Virus record (IMG/VR): IMGVR_UViG_3300009702_000008
Span: 1 to 37,149 of that record
Length of the DNA stretch: 37,149 bases
Direction: 5' to 3' (one strand)
Origin: a virus
Made by a program: the position numbers and the translations under genes. The notes under the pieces are model-generated. The model ran no database searches. It worked only from the letters and a program-made list of their open reading frames with translations, and had not been told where the DNA came from. This document shows positions 27,446 through 34,265 of this stretch, piece by piece (position 1 is the first letter of the stretch; each line of letters opens with the position of its first letter).

Positions 27446-27498
27446 CCCCTGCGATAAGCCCTCGACCCCCTGCGATAACGGCATAACCCCTGCGATAA
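27446..27498 (-). repeat. Three direct copies of CCCCTGCGATAA (sense strand TTATCGCAGGGG) at 20-21-bp spacing
   Basis: Copies at 27446-27457, 27467-27478 and 27487-27498, upstream of the tRNA-like element. Confidence 0.85.
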
Positions 27499-27596
27499 GA
27501 AGGGGGCGGCGACCCCACCGGAAGAGGGAGCGAGGCCGCCGCTGGGAGAAACGACAATCGGTCCCCACCGCGTCAATTCGCCCCGGGTAACACTCA

Positions 27597-27812
27597 TCAA
27601 TTCTTATCCTTAGCCTTGCCATCCGGCATCAGCCGATCGTCAATCGTGATCGTCGCAACGCCCTTTTCGTCAGCCGTTTTTGCGGCACGCGAGAAAAACG
27701 TAATCTCCGTACCCCATCGCAGACCGGCTTCTGTTGAATTGGATACGGTCGTCGTACAACCGAGCAGACATCCGCCGATCGCTAACAAGACAAGATTTCC
27801 CAAGAGCCTCAC
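27597..27812 (-). CDS. Small lipoprotein (71-aa precursor)
   Basis: GTG 27812 lies 6 nt after GGAGG. MRLLGNLVLLAIGGCLLGC-TTTV has a signal peptide and a lipobox. Confidence 0.6.
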   Translation of the reverse strand: MRLLGNLVLLAIGGCLLGCTTTVSNSTEAGLRWGTEITFFSRAAKTADEKGVATITIDDRLMPDGKAKDKN

Positions 27813-27913
27813 ATTGCACCTCCACCGCCGAACAGCGACGCGAAGAAGGACGACAACAGCGTAACTACGTCCGGTACAAAAATCAGTGCCAGGATTGCGT
27901 TCAAAATCGACAT
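27809..27913 (-). CDS. 34-aa hydrophobic peptide, translationally coupled to the lipoprotein
   Basis: GAAGGAGAAAAACA-ATG. MSILNAILALIFVPDVVTLLSSFFASLFGGGGAM. Its TGA overlaps the GTG of the next gene. Confidence 0.5.
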   Translation of the reverse strand: MSILNAILALIFVPDVVTLLSSFFASLFGGGGAM

Positions 27914-28005
27914 TGTTTTTCTCCTTCAAAAGTGAGCGGCAACGCACCGCATTGTTGTTAAACCCGCCCCGTCATTTTCGGCAACGGGAACGTCCCGTCA
28001 CACGG

Positions 28006-28737
28006 TTACCGAATCGACTGACTGAGGCGGGCGCACGAGTCAACTTCAGCCATCATCCAAGACCTTGCAATCATTTTAACAACCTGTGGTACTACGGCGT
28101 TTCCGAGCCCTCTAAGTCGGTCCATCCTGCGGGGTACCCCATAACCCATTCGATCCACGTCGGGTTCGGGACTCCAGACCCTCCATAGATGCTCTTGAGT
28201 TGGTTGCAAATACTCTCGCCTGCTCGTGTGGTATACCCTTTCCAATCTCTGGCGCATGGGCGTAGCCATGATCCAAACTCTCCGAGCTTTTCGCATCGGT
28301 GACCTGACAGCATCAGCACCCACCACGATCGGCCAGCAGGTGTAACCGATTTCTTCCAGCGAACCGAGTACGGCGTCCGCGCCTCGACTTCGGAGAGCAG
28401 GTACGTTCTCAATGAGCAGCCGAACGGGTCTACATGCCCGAATAAGCCGCAACCAATGCCACCACAGACCAGATCGTTTTCCGTTAATACCTGCGCCCCT
28501 TCCTGCGATGCTAATATCGGTACATGGAAACCCGCCCGTCCAGATTGATCGATCCCATCCTGCCCATTGGAGTCCGAGCCCGAATCCGCCGATCCCCGCG
28601 AAAAAGTGGCATTGTTCGTATCCCGCAACTTCATCCGGCGTGACCTCTTTGATACACTTTTCAAGTATGTGGTCATTCGGAAAGTTCTTTCGCAGAACCT
28701 TGCAACACCACGGATTGTTATCCGTTTGCAGATTCAA
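28006..28737 (-). CDS. Compact DNA (cytosine-5) methyltransferase with unusual N-terminal motif order
   Basis: FFAGIGGFGLG (motif I), GGFPCTDIS (IV), ENV (VI), RKARRVW (VIII), RLRGLGNAVVPQ (X). TTG start lies directly after an in-frame TGA. Confidence 0.75.
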   Translation of the reverse strand: MNLQTDNNPWCCKVLRKNFPNDHILEKCIKEVTPDEVAGYEQCHFFAGIGGFGLGLQWAGWDRSIWTGGFPCTDISIAGRGAGINGKRSGLWWHWLRLIRACRPVRLLIENVPALRSRGADAVLGSLEEIGYTCWPIVVGADAVRSPMRKARRVWIMATPMRQRLERVYHTSRREYLQPTQEHLWRVWSPEPDVDRMGYGVPRRMDRLRGLGNAVVPQVVKMIARSWMMAEVDSCARLSQSIR

Positions 28738-29142
28738 TCAATCACCGCTGATTAGATTCGTAAACGTCGCCCCATCCGCACCGCCGGTCATTTCGCAACG
28801 ACGAATCTTCAAGCCCTGCGAGACAGTCACGCCGACAACGCGGAGAACGGCGTCAATCGTTTCGTCGCACACTTGCTGACCGCCGAGCGTGAAACAGCAT
28901 ATCTCGCCCGAGCCGGTTACGTTCACCTGCACCCATTGTACAGGCGGATCGAACTCGACGGCGAGGAAGATTCCGCCACCCGTCGAAACCAGGTCGCCTT
29001 GAAAAGTAAGCGCAGGAACGTATTTTCGGATTTCCGTTGCCCGTCTCACAATCCGTTGGCCGGCGTAAGCGAAACACGCAGCCAACCATAAGCTCGCCGC
29101 AACGACGAATATAGTTTTTGTCTTTTTTGCGTTCATCATCAT
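28738..29142 (-). CDS. Signal-anchored or secreted hypothetical protein (134 aa)
   Basis: MMMNAKKTKTIFVVAASLWLAACFAYA is an N-terminal hydrophobic segment. ATGA overlap with the upstream gene. Confidence 0.6.
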   Translation of the reverse strand: MMMNAKKTKTIFVVAASLWLAACFAYAGQRIVRRATEIRKYVPALTFQGDLVSTGGGIFLAVEFDPPVQWVQVNVTGSGEICCFTLGGQQVCDETIDAVLRVVGVTVSQGLKIRRCEMTGGADGATFTNLISGD

Positions 29143-29363
29143 TCCACCTTATCGAGAATCTTGTCGATTTTCGCTTCCATGCGAGTCACGATCGCTTGAA
29201 CCGTGACCACCGCCGTTTTGTTTGAGTTCGCCAACATATCGAGCGTTTCGATTTTTCGTTCGACATTTGCGCCCCAAAATCCAAGCAGCGAGACAATCAA
29301 TGCTGCGCAACCCATTGCGACGACCCTGAATGTGACTTGCCCGTTTCCGTTTCCGTTCGCCAT
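29139..29363 (-). CDS. Single-TM protein with coiled-coil tail (74 aa)
   Basis: ATG 29363 after GAAAGGG. MANGNGNGQVTFRVVAMGCAALIVSLLGFWG... Confidence 0.55.
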   Translation of the reverse strand: MANGNGNGQVTFRVVAMGCAALIVSLLGFWGANVERKIETLDMLANSNKTAVVTVQAIVTRMEAKIDKILDKVE

Positions 29364-29423
29364 AATGACCCTTTCCGGTAAAACCAAAAAACCGAAATCG
29401 GTATAAGTCTTTTCGCGGAGGTG

Positions 29424-29579
29424 TCAAATTGTGTGCTTATTACTCATGCCCAATACTGCCACGCTAATCAAGATCGCCGCAACAAAATATAACGCTCGCC
29501 AATAGTTTCGCTCAACCAGAGCAGCCACCGCGATGCCAGCGTAGAAAATCATCAACGCGATCATGAGCGATGTTGACAT
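29424..29579 (-). CDS. 51-aa two-TM peptide
   Basis: Not in the ORF track. MSTSLMIALMIFYAGIAVAALVERNYWRALYFVAAILISVAVLGMSNKHTI. Confidence 0.45.
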   Translation of the reverse strand: MSTSLMIALMIFYAGIAVAALVERNYWRALYFVAAILISVAVLGMSNKHTI

Positions 29580-29622
29580 TATTTCTTCCATGCCTCCATC
29601 CATGCCTTCGCTCGTTCAGTCA

Positions 29623-29835
29623 TCATTCCACCTCAACGAACTTCACGCGGACGGCGATTTCGTCCGATTCGACGGGCGGTTTAAGCTTAAATAATAAAGA
29701 CAAACAGTATGTTGAGATGCGGTGATCCGATAATCGAAACTCCCCAGTGTCTTTATATTTTATCGCCCAACTGTCGAAGTCCCTGCCGATCACGAATCGT
29801 TTCTTTTTTCGTTTCGCTTTTGGTTTCTTATTCAT
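29623..29835 (-). CDS. Small basic protein (70 aa)
   Basis: ORF trimmed to ATG 29835, which overlaps the upstream stop. MNKKPKAKRKKKRFV... Confidence 0.5.
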   Translation of the reverse strand: MNKKPKAKRKKKRFVIGRDFDSWAIKYKDTGEFRLSDHRISTYCLSLLFKLKPPVESDEIAVRVKFVEVE

Positions 29836-30652
29836 TCCACGCCCTCGCAATCCGCACAAAGTGCTCTTGACCGGTCCAAAGTACCTGCGTTCCCTCGCGT
29901 TTCTCTAATTCCGCCTTCGCCTCGGCCAGCGGGAAATAATGTTTCCCGCCGACCTCGACATCGCCGACCATGATGCGATCAATCAGGCGATCCGGTCCGA
30001 CGATGGAAATCATATCAGTGCGTCCTTGATCGTCGTGTTCTTTGTATGCCACCGACGCATCGAGAAACTTCGCGTTCGGAATCTTGCTGAAGATTTGCAC
30101 AAAAATCTTCGTAAAGTATCGACGATAAGGCAGAGAATCGGTATTCGGCATGACACGCGGTAGATTAAACCAAAACTCAATGTCATCGAAATCGCTCAAC
30201 ATCTTCACCACTTCAAATACATCGCATGAAAAAACTGTATAGTCGCCCTTGCGAAACGGCCCTTCAAGGTCGAGCAGGATTGTGTGCTGGTCATTATCGA
30301 ATAGCGTTTGGATGGCTGGGATCATCGTTTTCTGCCAACCTTCAACATCCCACAAACTATTCGGCGAACCGGACCACTTGCCCGTTTGCTCATCATGTGC
30401 TACGGGCGGCGTCATACCGTATATGACTCTAAAATTAGCATCAAGCGGCAATAAGTTCGATAACCTGCCTGGCAAGAATCCCCAGTCAATATACCATTGC
30501 GGATGCGTTGTCACGATCAGCGAGTTGAACCCAAACAGTTCTGCCCCGACCGTCGCATGGACGATCCCTAGAAGTCCGGGCAACTCAGGCTCGCGGGTCA
30601 CGCGATCGAACGGATCGTTTATCTGAATCCAAGGAATGACATTAGCTGGCAT
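29828..30652 (-). CDS. Hypothetical protein (274 aa)
   Basis: ATG 30652 preceded by GGAGACCGAAA. No domain recognised. Confidence 0.65.
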   Translation of the reverse strand: MPANVIPWIQINDPFDRVTREPELPGLLGIVHATVGAELFGFNSLIVTTHPQWYIDWGFLPGRLSNLLPLDANFRVIYGMTPPVAHDEQTGKWSGSPNSLWDVEGWQKTMIPAIQTLFDNDQHTILLDLEGPFRKGDYTVFSCDVFEVVKMLSDFDDIEFWFNLPRVMPNTDSLPYRRYFTKIFVQIFSKIPNAKFLDASVAYKEHDDQGRTDMISIVGPDRLIDRIMVGDVEVGGKHYFPLAEAKAELEKREGTQVLWTGQEHFVRIARAWNE

Positions 30653-30741
30653 TTTCGGTCTCCATTGGTGTGGGTCCTTCTGCAAGTGTATCATCAACAC
30701 GCACTGTCGTCAGCGGACAATCAACCCGCGATATAATCTCC

Positions 30742-30972
30742 TTAGTAATCCTGTTTTTGCGATTTATCCATATTTCCTTCGGCCACTCGCGTTCTGTCGC
30801 TGGACTGAACAACTGTTATACAATATTTTATTTTGCACGAATGAATTCGTTCGCCCATCAAATCCTCGCAGGCCTCGGCAATTTTGACTTGAAACGCTTT
30901 GATCGCTATGTCTACTTCATCCTGCACCTTTTTGTCAATCCGGTCTTCCAGCCCCTTAATTGTCGTTGCCAT
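30742..30972 (-). CDS. Small hypothetical protein (76 aa)
   Basis: ATG 30972 preceded by GGGAGACCGAAA, the same context as at 30652. Confidence 0.5.
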   Translation of the reverse strand: MATTIKGLEDRIDKKVQDEVDIAIKAFQVKIAEACEDLMGERIHSCKIKYCITVVQSSDRTRVAEGNMDKSQKQDY

Positions 30973-31043
30973 TTTCGGTCTCCCTTTTGTTTTGTTTCCG
31001 TTCCATCTTCCACCAATCCTCGTATGTCTGTCTGGCAATCTGT

Positions 31044-31229
31044 TCAGGCGTCATCGATATTTTCCTTTCGTTCCTGCTCAACGTCCCATTCGCAATCTTC
31101 GCACAAGCCGGATTCGGGATCGACATCCCACACTTCATCCCCGCATCGTTCACAGATATACGGCTGTTCGGCTGGATCGGCCGCGCGACGCATGTACTCC
31201 ATGTTTTTATCATACCCGTACCAGGTCAT
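31044..31229 (-). CDS. Small acidic zinc-ribbon protein (61 aa)
   Basis: CERC...CEDC pairs. Confidence 0.55.
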   Translation of the reverse strand: MTWYGYDKNMEYMRRAADPAEQPYICERCGDEVWDVDPESGLCEDCEWDVEQERKENIDDA

Positions 31230-31260
31230 TGCTTGTCTCCCTTCGCTCTCATTGTCCTAT

Positions 31261-31737
31261 TTACGACACTCTCAACGTCGTCAATTGCTTTTGAAGATAT
31301 TCAGCGAACTCTGCACGGAGCATCTTCAATCGCTCTTGTAATTCGCCTTTGACAACATCGCGGATTGCTTCCAGCGTCATTACTTTGATGCGCGGTTCGC
31401 CACTATAAGATACTCTTCCGTTCGCATCTACCTTTTGTTCAAGAAACGCCTTTGTTTCTTTGATGACAATATCCGGTATCGAAATCGGATCACCGGAATG
31501 ATTACCCCAACCGTCTGTTTTTTGATATGCCCTTCCGAACGCTTCAGTCGTTAGCTCCCCAACTTTGGCAGCCACAATTTCTTTGATCGTTTTTTTCTCA
31601 ATGCTGTTCACGTGCCGTTCTACTGTCTCTCTTAAAGCCGGTTTCAACGCTACAACGATCGCCTGATCCAATTCTAAGAATTGTTCATTGCCATCTTCAT
31701 CGTAACCGCTCGGAACCAATTTTACTTTAACTTCCAT
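31261..31737 (-). CDS. Hypothetical protein (158 aa)
   Basis: Clean ORF, no domain recognised. Confidence 0.65.
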   Translation of the reverse strand: MEVKVKLVPSGYDEDGNEQFLELDQAIVVALKPALRETVERHVNSIEKKTIKEIVAAKVGELTTEAFGRAYQKTDGWGNHSGDPISIPDIVIKETKAFLEQKVDANGRVSYSGEPRIKVMTLEAIRDVVKGELQERLKMLRAEFAEYLQKQLTTLRVS

Positions 31738-31924
31738 TTCGTTCTCCTTTCGCTTTCAACGTTCGCTCGATGGCCCGAATCATTCGATCCCTGTGTCGTT
31801 CACAGAGGTCTTTCGTCACTCCGACGATGGAGTCGTCGCTCTCATTCTTCAGCATGGTCGTCGTATAACTCATGACGTTTCGACTCGATCCGCAAACATC
31901 GCAGACTTTCTTTTCGATAATCAT
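31727..31924 (-). CDS. Small CxxC protein (65 aa)
   Basis: ATG 31924 after AAGGGAGA. MIIEKKVCDVCG... Confidence 0.5.
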   Translation of the reverse strand: MIIEKKVCDVCGSSRNVMSYTTTMLKNESDDSIVGVTKDLCERHRDRMIRAIERTLKAKGERNGS

Positions 31925-31946
31925 CGTTCTCCCTTTCAAAAGGCTG

Positions 31947-32663
31947 TCATTGTGACAAGCGCCTGTCACCTCTGGTTTCAACGATTGTTCCGCTCGCCAT
32001 TCGTGACGCTATACGAGCGTCATACATCTCCTCAATTTTTTCCGGAGCAAGATTGCTTATAAGCACTAACGGTGCGCAATATCCTCCAGACCTGTCGATA
32101 CGCTTATCGAGAGCTTTCGCTAAAGTTTCGTAATGATGGTCGGTGATTTGACGGCGGATTCCAATTTCATCGAGCACCGCGATGTTGCACTCGTACCAGT
32201 CTTTCCAAATGTCTTTTTCCGTTTGGACGATATTTTCATGTTGAGCAGCAATAATCCTGGAGCATAGCTCGTTGATCGTTGTATAAATCGCATCGCCAGC
32301 CCAATCGCAAACGCAAAGGGCGGCGCATGTTTTGCCTGAACCGGTCTCGCCTGACAACAATAAAGGCCATGGACTATCGCCGAGTATGCACGATGAGAAC
32401 ATGCGCTTGATATGGTCATCAACCAAACCATTCGTCCGATGCTTGTCGGGAAATTCCCATCGTGGCGGAGACAGCTTTTCTACGGTTCTGCAACAGGCTA
32501 CAGCACTCGGCGATTCAATAATCGGATTGTCGAGATCGACTATTCGTATGGTCTTAGGCATCAGTTGCCCGATGGATTTTGACGTTTGCGAATCTGGATT
32601 TCTCATAACGGACTCTCGCAGGGTTGTCATCGGATTTTTCAGGTCGTTTCCAGTTTGATTCAT
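31947..32663 (-). CDS. DnaC/IstB-like AAA+ helicase loader
   Basis: Walker A GETGSGKT and Walker B VLDEIG. The start is uncertain: ATG 32663 has a GGGAGA RBS but overlaps the upstream gene by 110 nt. Confidence 0.75.
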   Translation of the reverse strand: MNQTGNDLKNPMTTLRESVMRNPDSQTSKSIGQLMPKTIRIVDLDNPIIESPSAVACCRTVEKLSPPRWEFPDKHRTNGLVDDHIKRMFSSCILGDSPWPLLLSGETGSGKTCAALCVCDWAGDAIYTTINELCSRIIAAQHENIVQTEKDIWKDWYECNIAVLDEIGIRRQITDHHYETLAKALDKRIDRSGGYCAPLVLISNLAPEKIEEMYDARIASRMASGTIVETRGDRRLSQ

Positions 32664-33363
32664 CGTCGTCGTATCTCCCTTGATTGAACCAGGTCGCCGG
32701 ATGCGGGACGTATTGCCAGTCCTCGGTCGCTTTGAGCGGCGAGACCGCCTGGGCGTAGAGTTTCGTCCGCTCGGTGAGGTGGTCCGCGGTAGCCCCCCGT
32801 TTCAGTGCTTGGCTGATTGCTTTGAGGGCGGCCTGCTTGCCGACCTTTTTCGGATATTCGGCGTAGATTGCTTCGAGTTGTGATGTTTTTGTGGTGCTCG
32901 TGGTTTTTTGAGTAAGAGTACTCTTTAGAGTACTCTTTATACTCTTCTCTTCTCTTCTCTTCTCTGGTAACGCTGTTGTAACGCTTTCTGTAACGCTGCT
33001 ATCGTTACATTTGTTACTCTTTGAGCGTTTCTTTTGCACCCGTAACGCCGTTAACGCTCTAGTTTTGGCGGTTTGTCCATTATACCTTTTGAAATTCTTG
33101 AATTTGATACCTTCATCATCAAAAGCAGCCCATCCCGACAATTCCAAAGCCGCAGCGAATCCTTGACAACCCAATAACGCGTCAAGCGTTACATTTGTAA
33201 CGCCGGGAACGTAACCATTTTCGCTGTTATCATCAATCCATTCCATGAGTCGCATGAATTTTGAGGCCACTTCATCGTTCGTGAGGTTCAGTTCTTTAGA
33301 GATAATGAAAATCTCAGGCTTGAAGGTCAGTCCCTTGACCCACTTAATCCAATCCCCGGCCAT
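32554..33363 (-). CDS. Replisome organizer / replication initiator (lambda O / DnaD-like)
   Basis: N-terminal MAGDWIKWVKGL...MRLMEWIDDN. Low-complexity linker. C-terminal YPKKVGKQAALKA...HPATWFNQGRYDD, as in phage replisome organizers. Confidence 0.75.
   Translation of the reverse strand: MAGDWIKWVKGLTFKPEIFIISKELNLTNDEVASKFMRLMEWIDDNSENGYVPGVTNVTLDALLGCQGFAAALELSGWAAFDDEGIKFKNFKRYNGQTAKTRALTALRVQKKRSKSNKCNDSSVTESVTTALPEKRREEKSIKSTLKSTLTQKTTSTTKTSQLEAIYAEYPKKVGKQAALKAISQALKRGATADHLTERTKLYAQAVSPLKATEDWQYVPHPATWFNQGRYDDDESNWKRPEKSDDNPARVRYEKSRFANVKIHRATDA
32916..33216. repeat. Iteron cluster inside the organizer gene (candidate origin)
   Basis: GAGTACTCTTTA x2 (each containing the palindrome AGAGTACTCT), (CTCTT)n at 32942-32965, GTAACGCT at 32967, 32978 and 32990, plus further GTAACG/CGTTAC copies out to 33216. 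Confidence 0.55.
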
Positions 33364-33384
33364 GATGAATCCTTTGAAATGAAA

Positions 33385-33481
33385 ATGGTCGCAACGGCCC
33401 CATAGAACGCGCTATGGTCGCAACGGCATTGCGGAAATCGCAATACGAATGCACGCGCTCTTGGGAAACCGTTGCAACCAT
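33385..33481. repeat. Three copies of a 13-14-nt element in the leader of the organizer gene
   Basis: ATGGTCGCAACGGC at 33385-33398 and 33414-33427. Inverted near-copy CCGTTGCAACCAT at 33469-33481. Small hairpin ATTGCG-gaaat-CGCAAT between them. Confidence 0.75.
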
Positions 33482-33487
33482 GCCCAA

Positions 33488-33515
33488 AACATACACCACG
33501 CAGGCGAGTTGTCAA
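33488..33515 (-). promoter_or_regulatory. Sigma-70-type promoter for the replication operon
   Basis: Minus strand TTGACA (33515-33510), a 16-nt spacer, then TATGTT (33493-33488). Confidence 0.55.
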
Positions 33516-33537
33516 GGATTTCTTTACCGCTAACAAT

Positions 33538-33864
33538 TCACATGGTTCCGGCGATGAAGTCGTGCAGATCGTCAACCGACCTGACCACAACAGCAGTTCC
33601 GCCGGAAGCCTTAACGGACTCCATCCACGCAAGCTGATCCGCAGTAGGTTTGTTGCGTCCTGTTTTGCATTCGACGCTCAGAAACCGCCCGCCGGCCAAC
33701 ACGGCGAAGATGTCGCCCGATCCCCTAGCGCCGAAGCGGACGAACCGCCTGCGTCCTTTATAGGTGCCCCCTACCGCCCCCGTATTGTTTCGCCACGCGA
33801 GGATGCCCCTAACGCGGAGGTAGTCCAAGCATGCCTTAACTAGCTTTGTTTCGCTGCCTGCCAT
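33538..33864 (-). CDS. VRR-NUC domain nuclease
   Basis: 108 aa. ...GSGDIFAVLAGGRFLSVECKTGRNKPTADQLAW... (D...ExK...Q..W). Confidence 0.8.
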   Translation of the reverse strand: MAGSETKLVKACLDYLRVRGILAWRNNTGAVGGTYKGRRRFVRFGARGSGDIFAVLAGGRFLSVECKTGRNKPTADQLAWMESVKASGGTAVVVRSVDDLHDFIAGTM

Positions 33865-33867
33865 TCA

Positions 33868-34265
33868 GTGCCGTGCCTTGCCCGGCCTCGTCACGCCCAT
33901 CCTCGCCTGCGATGCCAATCCATGTCATTCCTCACCTAGCCGGGCCAAGCCAGTCCCCGCCTGTCCGATCCAAGCCACGCCTTGTCGTTCCTCGCCTGCG
34001 ATGCCACGCCTGGCCTCGCCCGTCCGCGCCAGTCCGATCCTCGCCTGCGATGCAGTGCCAACCCTTGTCATTCCTTGCCGATCCGTGCCCTGCCTGCGAT
34101 GCCGAGCCGATCCATGCCTGGCCGAACCTTGCCGTGCCGCGCCAATCCGCGCCCTTCCAATCCACGCCTTTCCCTGCCTGCGATGCCGAGCCAATCCGTG
34201 CCTTGCCACGCCTCGCCTGCGACGCCAAGCCGATCCTCGCCAATCCTCGCATCGCCGCGCCTGCC
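33868..34265. repeat. Array A: degenerate 5-nt-periodic NN(G/T)CC units punctuated by TGCGATGCC
   Basis: CC recurs every 5 nt. 9-mers start at 33908, 33997, 34046, 34095, 34179 and 34218, and all gaps are 4 mod 5. Confidence 0.9.

Noticed and set aside
27304-27600. N-terminal 99 residues of ORF 26404..27600
   Set aside because: This stretch covers the tRNA-like element and the three CCCCTGCGATAA repeats, and its translation is Arg/Ser/Gly-rich. The Dam-family N-terminal motif (WFGGKG) begins right after ATG 27303.
28092-28676. ORF 28092..28676 as an independent gene
   Set aside because: It lies wholly inside the C5-MTase gene in another frame, and its first ~130 residues look like non-coding translation. 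Only its last ~60 residues are notable; these are reported as a finding.
28735-28740. TGA read-through fusing ORF 28738..29142 to the MTase
   Set aside because: The shared frame has a one-in-three chance. The upstream product is a signal-anchored protein with no MTase features. No read-through context is recognised.
32942-32965. (CTCTT)n run as a slipped-strand phase-variation switch
   Set aside because: It is short, lies in the organizer linker within the iteron cluster, and fits better as part of the origin region. No evidence of length heterogeneity can be obtained from a single sequence.
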